Positions 30,804 to 40,038 of a stretch of 64,000 nt of DNA are shown piece by piece; positions within the stretch are counted from its first letter, which is position 1, and every line of letters begins with the position of its first letter. The stretch is from Obrimoposthia wandeli (Eukaryota): contig CDROCS010000506.1 of the NCBI GenBank assembly GCA_977020255.1, positions 3,410,001 through 3,474,000 on the forward strand, read 5' to 3'. Under the pieces are notes generated by a model. It did not search any database. It was not told the DNA's origin and was given only the letters and a program-made list of their open reading frames with translations. A program made the translations under genes and the position numbers.

Positions 30804-31682
30804 ATGTCTAAAATTAGATTTGATGAAACAGCTCGCAGTGAACGTTATTTTACCGCGACATTACTGTCACATTTATTAATGGTCAATGAGTTTGCAGGGC
30901 TGAAAGCGCTGTTCGAAAGCTTTGGTATTATATCTATTGATTATCTTTCAACTGATATTGAAATCGTTACCGAACTCGATCCTTTAAGAGATGGGGCAAA
31001 ATCGGAAGAACAAGACAAAGAAAATAAAGATAAAAAAATAGCGAAAATATTTAAAGAGAAAGGGCGGGTTGCTGTTCCTGATTTATTTCTAAGATGGGGC
31101 AATCAGATCCTCGTTATCGAAGCTAAGTTCTTTACGGCGCCAACAGGTGTAGATCTCGCTGAGCAAGTGGCTAAACAGCGTGAAGCTATTAAATTGGTAC
31201 TAGGCGAAACTCAATATAGTGAATGTGAAATTAAATATGCTTTGTTGACGGTTAATAAGTTGAAAGACGAAGATGGACTATTGTCTAAAATACCTCAACA
31301 TACGTGGACTAAAGTGATTGAAATATTGCGAAATACGTTAGGTGAAGAACATCAAAGTAACATTGATTACTGCTTTAAGATCCTCGAAAATGCAGTTAAA
31401 AGAAGTAAAGAAGAGCTAAGTCGTAATGTAACTGATTATCGTCTAATCGCTAATATAGGTGAATTACTTAAGGCGTTACCTGAGCTTATCGCCAGTGAAG
31501 AGTTATTCGTTGGTTATACTGGCGGGATTGCTGCATTAGCGCTCGCTGAGCTTTCGACTCTTGAGCAACGTAAACATTATAAAGTGTCGAGATTGAATCC
31601 GAACAGTAATTGGATCCGTATCGATGTTGTAATTAAGAAGTACTTGGATCTTAAACTAGCGAATGATTACAGCATTAGTTGA
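30804..31682 (+). CDS. Stand-alone PD-(D/E)XK nuclease-like protein
   Basis: VPDLFL...ILVIEAKF motif; AT-rich. Confidence 0.65.
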   Translation: MSKIRFDETARSERYFTATLLSHLLMVNEFAGLKALFESFGIISIDYLSTDIEIVTELDPLRDGAKSEEQDKENKDKKIAKIFKEKGRVAVPDLFLRWGNQILVIEAKFFTAPTGVDLAEQVAKQREAIKLVLGETQYSECEIKYALLTVNKLKDEDGLLSKIPQHTWTKVIEILRNTLGEEHQSNIDYCFKILENAVKRSKEELSRNVTDYRLIANIGELLKALPELIASEELFVGYTGGIAALALAELSTLEQRKHYKVSRLNPNSNWIRIDVVIKKYLDLKLANDYSIS

Positions 31683-31852
31683 AAATTATAGCGGGGCGTT
31701 TGGCTCCGTGGAGATTGTGATAGTGCGTGGATTATTGTTTTGCACCTGCGGATTTACTTATTTCAGATCTTGAAGATTAGTCTTTTTACATCGAATAAAT
31801 AAGCGTCCAACTCAGGTATAACACCATAAAGTTGGATTGCTTTATTCTAATG

Positions 31853-32485
31853 TTATTTTGTTACTCTGATTAGTGTACTGCTATCGGTATGCGCCATTGA
31901 TTGACCGTAAATATCTAACATCGTATTTTGTGAATAAGTGAGTTTATTTTCTTCAATTTTGATGTTCATACTAAAGCCTGTTGTTGAGGCTTTTCTTGTC
32001 ATATATGAACCTTCAGCTATCCCTCGTGCTGGTGCAGTCAATGTCATTGTTTTACCTGCAACGCCTTCAGCGGTGACACAAGTAGTACGTGGTATGCAAA
32101 ATGAGTTGTATACCATTTGATTTTTAGCATCATAGATAAAATAACCACGTTGATCATGAAATTTAGATCCATCTGACTTTCTAAATACTTCTTGCTTGTA
32201 ATACAAAGCAACTAAGTATTGTTCGCTTGCATTCTGGGCATCAGCAGCTGCTTCAAACGTCATTGTTTCGAAAAAAGGACTCACTGCAAGAGAGCCTGCA
32301 CCTTGTTCAGATCCGACTTTTGCAGGGGCAACATCAACACCTGCTCCTTCCATTGTTTCCCAAGTTCCAACAAGCTGAGCGAGAGGGCCAAAATCCATCC
32401 CGTTAATGATATTTTCATTCGCAATTGTTGAAAAAGACATTGCTGATGCGAGGCCAAGTACAAGTAATTTTTTCATAAGTATCAT
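31853..32485 (-). CDS. Heme-binding beta-barrel (nitrobindin/FABP-like, DUF1794) protein, exported
   Basis: FGPLAQLVGTWE, GVDVAP, FHDQRGYF and a C-terminal His (AHTD); signal peptide. Confidence 0.7.
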   Translation of the reverse strand: MILMKKLLVLGLASAMSFSTIANENIINGMDFGPLAQLVGTWETMEGAGVDVAPAKVGSEQGAGSLAVSPFFETMTFEAAADAQNASEQYLVALYYKQEVFRKSDGSKFHDQRGYFIYDAKNQMVYNSFCIPRTTCVTAEGVAGKTMTLTAPARGIAEGSYMTRKASTTGFSMNIKIEENKLTYSQNTMLDIYGQSMAHTDSSTLIRVTK

Positions 32486-32717
32486 CCTTAATTAATCCAA
32501 TCGGGTTTATTTTCTGCGCCCAATATAATTCGTTAACTGAGGATCGATGTTGATCTAGGACAAGCTTAATTTATGTTTATTATACTTTATGGGTATTTTT
32601 AAGTTATTGAATTAACTTGATAAGTTTGGCCAATCGGTTTGATTGTTAGAACCTTTTGAAGGTCTTTGTAATGTGATCTTCCTACGAGTAATAGAGCCAT
32701 CTTGTTTTCTAAAACGT

Positions 32718-32793
32718 AAAAAGGCGAGCATGATATGGAATATTTATAAGTAAAAAAATCCACACATGCTCGCCTTTATTAGCTTAAATCGCA
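32718..32793. repeat. Hairpin repeat, copy 1 of 3
   Basis: AAAGGCGAGCAT...ATGCTCGCCTTT-ATTAGCTTAAAT; about 71 of 80 aligned positions match copy 2 by hand alignment. Confidence 0.85.
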
Positions 32794-32801
32794 ACTGCAG
32801 G

Positions 32802-33194
32802 TTAAGACTCGACAGCGCCGCCACTTTCAACCCATTCCGCAAAACCGCCCGCTAGATTTTTAACTGGTGTTAGCCCCATATCTGCAGCTGTTTTCGCAGC
32901 ATAAAGTGAACGCAGGCCGCGAGCACAATAAAACACATAGGTTTTGTCTTGGTTAAAAATCTTATTATGGAAAGGACATGCTGAATCGATTAAAAACTCA
33001 AGCATGCCTCTCGGACAGGTAAATGCACCGGGGATCACGCCAAGAGTTTGTCGTTCTTCAGCTTCTCGGACATCGACAAACACATAGTTGTCATCGTTAA
33101 AAAGGGCTTTGGCTTCAGCTATCGATATATCGTCAACGACACGATAAGCTTCTTCTTCTAAGGCTTTAATACCTTTGGTGATAGTTTGTGGCAT
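32802..33194 (-). CDS. Single-domain rhodanese (sulfurtransferase)
   Basis: VDVRE, GVIPGA, PRGMLEF, active loop YCARGLRS and LAGGFAEW. Confidence 0.9.
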   Translation of the reverse strand: MPQTITKGIKALEEEAYRVVDDISIAEAKALFNDDNYVFVDVREAEERQTLGVIPGAFTCPRGMLEFLIDSACPFHNKIFNQDKTYVFYCARGLRSLYAAKTAADMGLTPVKNLAGGFAEWVESGGAVES

Positions 33195-33260
33195 AGAATA
33201 TTCCTCATTTATAAATTCGGTTATGTTTTAATATATGTCGTTATAGAACAGAGCTTAGCG

Positions 33261-34439
33261 TTATGCCTGTTCTATATCTATTGCTGATTTCAACAACGTG
33301 AGCGAAGCCTGAATTTGCGCTAACGGTGATGCAAAGTTCATGCGATAGAAGTTTTCATCGGGCTCACTAAACCAAGTACCTGGGGTAAGCGCCAATTTTG
33401 CTTGCTGTGTTAATAGCGATTTAAGTTGCGCGGACGTTAAGCCTAATCCGCTAAAATCAAACCAGATCTGATTCGTGCCTTCAGGTACAAACACTTTCAC
33501 TTGTGGCAGTTCATTGGCCATAAATTCGGTGATCCAATTACGGGTATTTTGGGTATAACTTAAAAACGCATCGAACCATGCTTGGCCGTGCTGATAAGCT
33601 GCAATAGTCGCGTTCGTGGTAAAGATATTTTCGTGGTCAAGTGACATAGAAACCACAGTGCTTTTGATCTTCTCGCGTAATACTTTGTTGTCACTGTAAA
33701 TATAACCATTCGAAATACTGTTCAAGCCAAAGCTCTTAGCTGGCGAACCAATAATCGTTAAACTGTTGTCATAATCGAATGAACTAATACTGGTGAATGT
33801 AGCATCGTCAAACACGATGTCGCCATGGATCTCGTCACTAATGATGAGGGTGTTATATTTCTTCGCTATTGCCACCAGTTGTTCTAATTCTGTTTTGTGC
33901 CAAACACGACCGACAGGGTTGTGTGGGTTACATAGCAACACCATTTTCACCTTGCCACTTTGCAGTTGTTTTTCAAAGTCGGCAAAATCCATAACATATT
34001 TATCATTGTCGATTTGTAACGTGTTGTTCACCGCTTTACGTCCTGCCGATTCAATTAAGCGGCGGAATTGATGATAGACCGGTGTTTGAATTAACACGCC
34101 ATCACCTTCATCGGTAAACTCGCGGATTAATAAGGCTATCGCGCTTAATACACCTGGTGCTGGCACAAAGTGGTCGGGATTCAGGTCAAGATTGTGACGG
34201 GCTTTATTCCATTGTGAAATAGCCTGGAACACCGTTTTAGAATCGAATTCGTATGAGTAAGTTTCGCGGCTAACCAGCTGTTGCATGGCTTGAGTTATCG
34301 GTGAGGCGATGGGGAAGTCCATGTCTGCAATCCAATAAGGGGTTACATCATCGGTGCCATAGACTTGCTTAAGCATATTACTGTCGTGCTTGATGAACTT
34401 GTTGTTAATGTCAGTCTGACTTGGTGTTAGTTTCAACAT
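33261..34439 (-). CDS. MalY/PatB family PLP C-S lyase (cystathionine/cystine beta-lyase)
   Basis: PYWIADMDF, LCNPHNPVGRVW, ISDEIHGD, SPAKSFGL and RMNFA. Start placed at ATG 34439. Confidence 0.9.
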   Translation of the reverse strand: MLKLTPSQTDINNKFIKHDSNMLKQVYGTDDVTPYWIADMDFPIASPITQAMQQLVSRETYSYEFDSKTVFQAISQWNKARHNLDLNPDHFVPAPGVLSAIALLIREFTDEGDGVLIQTPVYHQFRRLIESAGRKAVNNTLQIDNDKYVMDFADFEKQLQSGKVKMVLLCNPHNPVGRVWHKTELEQLVAIAKKYNTLIISDEIHGDIVFDDATFTSISSFDYDNSLTIIGSPAKSFGLNSISNGYIYSDNKVLREKIKSTVVSMSLDHENIFTTNATIAAYQHGQAWFDAFLSYTQNTRNWITEFMANELPQVKVFVPEGTNQIWFDFSGLGLTSAQLKSLLTQQAKLALTPGTWFSEPDENFYRMNFASPLAQIQASLTLLKSAIDIEQA

Positions 34440-34475
34440 GGATTTATTTCCGCCATTGTTATTTGATATAACGAT

Positions 34476-34501
34476 GACGGAATTAAATAAAAAAAGACGC
34501 A
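34476..34501 (-). promoter_or_regulatory. Putative ECF (SigZ) promoter of patB-rhodanese
   Basis: Minus strand TGCGTC-N16-CGTC (TGCGTCTTT...CGTCAT). Confidence 0.65.
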
Positions 34502-34607
34502 AATTATTGTATTACTTCATTCGCTTTTAAACATTCACCCGTGATGTCTATTGGTTCCCATCGCAACGGTAGTCGTTGCAGCATCACGTTGCAGCAAGCA
34601 TTAATGG

Positions 34608-35159
34608 CTATGCATTACCCTTACATTTAGGTGAACTGTTGGGGTTTTTTCGTGAATAGTCGATGATACCGTTTTGATCTACTTCAATATCACAGCATGC
34701 CATCATTTGTTCGCGAAATTTGACTCTGCCTCTTTGTACACGGCTCTTGGCACCAGACAGCGATAAACCCAGTTGTTGGGCTATGTCTTTTTGTGAAACC
34801 CCTTCAAGCTCTGCTAAGCGCAGTGGGATGCCATATTTTTCTGGTAGCTCGTCAATCAAGGGGCGTAAACATTCCGCTAATTCTTCACGGGCTTCAATGC
34901 CTTCATCTTCTTCTTCGGCTACGAGATCGTCGGGTAATACTTCATAAGGTTGACGCTCTCGATAAAAGTCCATGATGGTATTGTGCGCAATCCGGTAAAG
35001 CCACCCTTTGAGGCTACCGCTTGATTTTAATTGATGCAAATTACTACTGGCCTTGATGTAAACATCTTGCAGAATATCATCGACAGCGTTTGCATCATCA
35101 ATGCGCTTGCTTACATAACCGCGCAGTTGCGCTTTGTGATTTTGCCATTCAGATAACAT
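34608..35159 (-). CDS. sigZ: ECF RNA polymerase sigma factor, SigZ type
   Basis: DDILQDVYIK, WLYRIAHNTIMDFYR, region 4 SQKDIA...LSLSGAKSRVQRGR and C-terminal CC (MMACCD). Confidence 0.88.
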   Translation of the reverse strand: MLSEWQNHKAQLRGYVSKRIDDANAVDDILQDVYIKASSNLHQLKSSGSLKGWLYRIAHNTIMDFYRERQPYEVLPDDLVAEEEDEGIEAREELAECLRPLIDELPEKYGIPLRLAELEGVSQKDIAQQLGLSLSGAKSRVQRGRVKFREQMMACCDIEVDQNGIIDYSRKNPNSSPKCKGNA

Positions 35160-35230
35160 ATTAATTGAGCCTTAATTTAATCGATTTTACGGTACCAATA
35201 GACAGGATACATGAAGCACCAAAAGACATG

Positions 35231-35256
35231 GACGGTGTAAATCATCAAAAGATGCA
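35231..35256 (-). promoter_or_regulatory. Putative autoregulatory ECF promoter of sigZ
   Basis: Minus strand TGCATC-N16-CGTC. Confidence 0.7.
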
Positions 35257-35301
35257 AAAAAATCACTACTTTTTTATATTTATTTTTAATCACCACAATT
35301 G

Positions 35302-35327
35302 TGCATCTTTTTTTATCCCAATACGTC
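35302..35327 (+). promoter_or_regulatory. Putative ECF promoter of tcyP-cdr
   Basis: TGCATC-N16-CGTC(TT). Confidence 0.7.
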
Positions 35328-35464
35328 TTCTCAGCAGACCTTCAAAGGAATTCGCCTCGCATTAATTGGCGTAATCAGAGAAGAAAATATTAAGTAGTCA
35401 TGAGGCGTTAGCGTAGGGCTTGCTGCATGAATACTGGAATTAACTACAAGTATTGGGGTTTACC

Positions 35465-36889
35465 ATGAGTTTACTATTAATTGCATTAATCGCCATATTT
35501 ATGAGCTTTTATGTTTTGTTATCTCGCTTGAAATCAAGTAAGAAAAGTTTTAATTACCGCGTGCTCACAGCGTTATTCGGTGGCCTGCTATTTGGTGGGG
35601 CGATACAGCTTACAGTGGGTGTTAACAGTGATGTAAATCTGCAATTTGCTGAGCTTATTTCAATTTTTGGTAGTGGCTATGTCAAGTTATTACAAATGAT
35701 TGTTATCCCATTGGTACTTGTTGCCATGACAGCCTCCATCATGAATGTAGAAGGTGATGGCGCATTATCAAAAATAGCACCCAAAATCATCGGCACACTC
35801 ATCTTTACCGTCGTTATTTCTGCGTTGGTTGGTATTGCGAGTATTTATGTGTTTGATATCGATGCCAGCAGCCTAGTCAATGTGATGGGCAGTAACAGTG
35901 CAATAGAGGCGCGTAACAGTACCTTACACTCAACGCAGCATCTGGTGGCAAACAACAGCATAAGCAATCTTTTATTATCAGTCATCCCTGCGAATGTTTT
36001 TGAAATGCTAACCGGATCAGAAAGAACTGCAACCTTGTCTACCGTGTTATTCGGTATGTTTTTGGGCTTTAGTATTCTGCAGGTTAAAAAACGTAAACCT
36101 GAGAAGGTGCAGAGTTTTGTTGATTTCATTAATGCAGCAAAAGAAGTGGTGTTATCAATGGTTCGCGAGATCCTTAAGCTCACACCTTATGGCGTATTTG
36201 CGCTGATGACAAAATTCATGATGAGCAGCGACCTTTTTGCCTTGGCTGAAATGGGACGTTTCTTGATCGCAAGTTATACCGCTATCGGCGTCATGTTCTT
36301 GGTTCATCTGGTATTAGTTGCACTGTTTGGCTTATCTGCGAAAAAATTCGCACAAAAAATCTGGCCTGTTTTAGTGTTTGGTTTTGGCTCGCGTTCAAGC
36401 ATGGCTGCAATTCCACTGAATATAGAAACGCAAACGCAGCGATTGGGCGTTGATGAAGAAACTGCCAACATGTCAGCGACGTTTGGTACCAGCATTGGTC
36501 AAAATGGATGTGCAGGCATCTACCCTGCAATGCTCGCTATTATGGCCGCACAAGTGATGGGTATTCCTGTTGATTTTGGCTTTGTCTTACAGCTTGTCTT
36601 TGTTATCGCCATTGCCTCATTTGGTATTGCGGGTGTCGGCGGCGGTGCAACATTCGCTGCGGTTGCAGTGCTTACCATTATGGGTTTAGACATCACGGTA
36701 GTGGCTATTTTAGTCTCTGTTGAAGCCTTAATCGATATGGCGAGAACAGCACTTAATATCTCAGGTTCTATGCTGTCTGGTGTCATCACTGCTAAGCGTA
36801 ATGGTTCGCTGAATACTGAGTTGTACGCTTCGTCAGAAACGCTTGCTGACCGCGAACGTCATCATTCAACTAACGAAATCAACGCTTAA
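35465..36889 (+). CDS. tcyP: L-cystine:cation symporter (TcyP/YdjN, DAACS family)
   Basis: GYVKLLQMIVIPLV, RSSMAAIPLNIETQ, GQNGCAGIYPAML, GVGGGATFAA and IDMARTALN. Confidence 0.85.
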   Translation: MSLLLIALIAIFMSFYVLLSRLKSSKKSFNYRVLTALFGGLLFGGAIQLTVGVNSDVNLQFAELISIFGSGYVKLLQMIVIPLVLVAMTASIMNVEGDGALSKIAPKIIGTLIFTVVISALVGIASIYVFDIDASSLVNVMGSNSAIEARNSTLHSTQHLVANNSISNLLLSVIPANVFEMLTGSERTATLSTVLFGMFLGFSILQVKKRKPEKVQSFVDFINAAKEVVLSMVREILKLTPYGVFALMTKFMMSSDLFALAEMGRFLIASYTAIGVMFLVHLVLVALFGLSAKKFAQKIWPVLVFGFGSRSSMAAIPLNIETQTQRLGVDEETANMSATFGTSIGQNGCAGIYPAMLAIMAAQVMGIPVDFGFVLQLVFVIAIASFGIAGVGGGATFAAVAVLTIMGLDITVVAILVSVEALIDMARTALNISGSMLSGVITAKRNGSLNTELYASSETLADRERHHSTNEINA

Positions 36890-36926
36890 CAGTCTTGAAC
36901 AAACACTTTATACGAGAATAAACATA

Positions 36927-38324
36927 ATGAAAATTGTAATTTTAGGTGGTAGCGCAGCGGGCATGAGCTTTGCTGCCAAATACAAAAGAAACCAACCAGA
37001 AAATGAAGTTATCGTAATAGAAAAACGCAGCTACCTTTCATTTGGCGCGTGTGGTTTGCCGTATTTTGTTGGCAATCAATTCGATGATACCGAGAGAATG
37101 ATCTCTCGGACACCAGCTCAAGCGATGGATGCGGGGATCGATGTTCGTATCAATACAGAAGTTGTTGCTGTCGACCATATCGCTCAATTGGTTACGATGA
37201 AAGGTGCCAATGGACAAGAGCAACTCCATTACGATAAATTAATTATCGCAACGGGGGCTCGTCCGATTGTGCCCGATTTTAACGACTATTCGGCGGCTAA
37301 TAATAAAGAAACATACAACCCTGAGCATGTTTATACGCTAACAAGCATGGAAGATGGTATCGCCGTCAAACAAGCTTTACAGCATCAAGACAAAAAGAAG
37401 GTTGCCATTATTGGCGCTGGCTTTATTGGTTTGGAAATGTTCGATGCCGCGTATGACTTAGGCAAAGCAGTAACACTGATTGAGCGTGAACCACATATAA
37501 TGAGTCGGCAATTCAGCCCTGAAATGATTGATGTGGTAGAAGATGCTATTCGAGACACCGGCACTGCGTTAATGACGGGGACAGAGGTTAAGTACATTCG
37601 CGATAATGGGCGTGGCGGTTATCTGATCTCAACCCGTACTTTATCAACGAATAGCCCCTCAACAAGCACTCCCTCGGAACAACAAAGTGCTGATGTGGAG
37701 GCCGATATCATCATTTTATCATTAGGCTTTAGACCGAATACAGAACTGTTTGATTTGCCCAAACTCAGTAACGGTGCACTGCTCGTTGATCAGTTTGGGG
37801 CGACACCGATGGCCAATATTTATGCTGTAGGCGATTGCGCCACCGTTCACCATCTTATCTTAAATGAACCGGTATATTTGCCGCTCGCGACGACGGCGAA
37901 TAAGCAAGCACGTATGATGGCTGACAAACTAGCAGGCAAGGAAGTGTTTTTAAATGGCTTCTTAGGGGCGGCATCGTTAAAAGTATTGGACTTTGAACTG
38001 GCGAGTACAGGCGTTTCACAATCGCTTGCCGAGGAATATAAGATCCCAGCTACCACATCAGTGATCAATGATAAAAACCAAACTGATTATTATCCAGGGC
38101 AGGAAGATATTAAGATTAAGTTGGTTTATCACCCTGAATCTAAGGTTTTGTTGGGGGGAGAGATAATCGGTAAAAAAGGCGCGATAGGGCGACTTAATGC
38201 GCTCAGTGTCGCGATGACCGCTAAGATGACCACCAACCAATTAGGGTACTTGGACTTTAGCTATGCGCCACCCTTTGCGAGAACATGGGATGCGTTAAAT
38301 GTTGCGGGTAATGTAGCGAGGTAG
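36927..38324 (+). CDS. CoA-disulfide reductase / NADH oxidase-peroxidase family flavoprotein
   Basis: GGSAAG, single redox Cys in SFGACGLPY, ATGARP, GAGFIGLE, YAVGDCA and DFSYAPPF. Confidence 0.88.
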   Translation: MKIVILGGSAAGMSFAAKYKRNQPENEVIVIEKRSYLSFGACGLPYFVGNQFDDTERMISRTPAQAMDAGIDVRINTEVVAVDHIAQLVTMKGANGQEQLHYDKLIIATGARPIVPDFNDYSAANNKETYNPEHVYTLTSMEDGIAVKQALQHQDKKKVAIIGAGFIGLEMFDAAYDLGKAVTLIEREPHIMSRQFSPEMIDVVEDAIRDTGTALMTGTEVKYIRDNGRGGYLISTRTLSTNSPSTSTPSEQQSADVEADIIILSLGFRPNTELFDLPKLSNGALLVDQFGATPMANIYAVGDCATVHHLILNEPVYLPLATTANKQARMMADKLAGKEVFLNGFLGAASLKVLDFELASTGVSQSLAEEYKIPATTSVINDKNQTDYYPGQEDIKIKLVYHPESKVLLGGEIIGKKGAIGRLNALSVAMTAKMTTNQLGYLDFSYAPPFARTWDALNVAGNVAR

Positions 38325-38371
38325 CCGAAACCATTAATCATGTACGTTATCGTTAATTTTTTGTATTTTTT

Positions 38372-38396
38372 TGCATCTTTTCTGATTTTTTCCGTC
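38372..38396 (+). promoter_or_regulatory. Putative ECF promoter of the gshA-ABC operon
   Basis: TGCATC-N15-CGTC(TT). Confidence 0.65.
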
Positions 38397-38424
38397 TTCA
38401 TTATTAAAGCCGTTTAAGTGAAGT

Positions 38425-40038
38425 GTGAAAATGATAAATACTGAAATAAAATACTCTGAAATTGATGTGGTTTCTTTCTTGAGTAAAGACAATGTTAAAG
38501 CCTCTCTGGTTGATATCCGCCGTGGTATCGAAAGAGAGCTAGTCCGTACAACACCACAAGGTTCGCTTTCTGCATCGCCGCATCCTAAAGCGTTTGGATC
38601 TGCTTTGACGCATCCGAGTATCACAACGGACTTCGCCGAAGCGCAATTAGAATTGGTTACACCTGCAATGAATGACAGGCAGGCTATGTTTAAAACGCTG
38701 GGTAATTTACATCATTTTGTTGCGACTCATATGCCAGCGAATGAAACCCTGTGGGGAGCGAGCATGCCGCCAGTGCTACCAGATGAAAGCATGATCACGA
38801 TTGCTGACTACGGTAGCTCAAATGCAGGTCAGCTGAAAATGCGTTATCGCCATGGTTTGGCGAACCGTTACGGCAAGAATATGCAGTTAATTTCTGGTAT
38901 TCATTACAATTTTTCGCTTCCTGAATCGTTTTGGAAAGCGTTGCACAGCTATACACAAAACCCCGTAGAGCTAAGTGAATTTATCTCGGAGCGTTACTTT
39001 CACCTCATTCGTAATGTGAGCCGTCATGGTTGGGTGATCCCGTACTTGTTTGGTGCCTCACCTGCCGTCGATCACAGCTACAACCCCGTAAATGAGCATA
39101 AGCTCGATAAGCACGATGATAAAACCCATTACCTGCCTTGGGCGACTTCATTACGCCTGAGTAATATGGGATACAGTAACAGTGAGCAGTCGTCGCATCC
39201 GGTGAGTTTTAACAGCAAATTGGCATTTTTAACCGACCTGCACCAAGCACTGACAAAGCCAAGTGAGCGCTACAAACACCTTAATACTGAGAAGCAACTT
39301 AACGCTTCTGTCTTGCAACTTGAAAATGAGTTGTACGGTTTAGTGCGCCCAAAAATTGTGAGTGAGGAACAGCGTCCTTTAATGGCAATGTGTCATCACG
39401 GTGTGCAATACATCGAGCTGCGTAGCCTAGATAATAATCCTTATTTACCACTGGGGATCAGTGAAGAGCAAAGTCATTTTTTGGATATCTTCCTAACTTA
39501 CTGTGCGCTGGCACCAAGTGCTGACATTACCGATGAAGAACAAGTTTTAATTGCTCGCAGGCAGGAATTGGTTGCTACTCAAGGACGTAAACCGGGCTTA
39601 ATGCTACCCACTTTACAAGGAGAACGCTCCTTAGTGGCACTTGGCGAGGAACTGTTAGCGGCGATGAATCCGGTTGCGAATATGTTTGACAGTGCCTTTG
39701 CTACGGATGTTTACGCCAAGGGCGTTGCGCAAGAAAAAACTAAGTTTAGTAACGCTGATCTGACGCCATCGGCGAAGGTATTGACTGATATGAAAAAATA
39801 TCACCTTAGCCATACGGCTTTTGTGCAACAACTTTCTGATTTGCACATGAAGCAACATGTTGAAAACGCGATTGAGCAAGAAGACATGGATAACTTGATA
39901 ACACTGGCATCGGGATCCTTGCTAGCTCAAGCGGAAATGGAAGCGCAGCAAGAGGTCAGTTTTGACCAATTTATCCAACAGCATAACCGCTTGCAGTGTG
40001 ACGGTGAGCAGCAGAAGGTAACGGTTAATTACTCATGA
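38425..40038 (+). CDS. gshA: Glutamate--cysteine ligase
   Basis: RRGIERE, TTDFAEAQLELVTP, SGIHYNFS, SLRLS, QLENELYGLVRPK and YIELRSLD. Confidence 0.92.
   Translation: MKMINTEIKYSEIDVVSFLSKDNVKASLVDIRRGIERELVRTTPQGSLSASPHPKAFGSALTHPSITTDFAEAQLELVTPAMNDRQAMFKTLGNLHHFVATHMPANETLWGASMPPVLPDESMITIADYGSSNAGQLKMRYRHGLANRYGKNMQLISGIHYNFSLPESFWKALHSYTQNPVELSEFISERYFHLIRNVSRHGWVIPYLFGASPAVDHSYNPVNEHKLDKHDDKTHYLPWATSLRLSNMGYSNSEQSSHPVSFNSKLAFLTDLHQALTKPSERYKHLNTEKQLNASVLQLENELYGLVRPKIVSEEQRPLMAMCHHGVQYIELRSLDNNPYLPLGISEEQSHFLDIFLTYCALAPSADITDEEQVLIARRQELVATQGRKPGLMLPTLQGERSLVALGEELLAAMNPVANMFDSAFATDVYAKGVAQEKTKFSNADLTPSAKVLTDMKKYHLSHTAFVQQLSDLHMKQHVENAIEQEDMDNLITLASGSLLAQAEMEAQQEVSFDQFIQQHNRLQCDGEQQKVTVNYS

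Noticed and set aside
32575-32625. Second Tn7-like end (minus strand TTCAATAACTTAAAAATACCCATAAAG)
   Set aside because: Only an IHF-like site and one TnsB-like half-match; no terminal TGT and no repeated sites.
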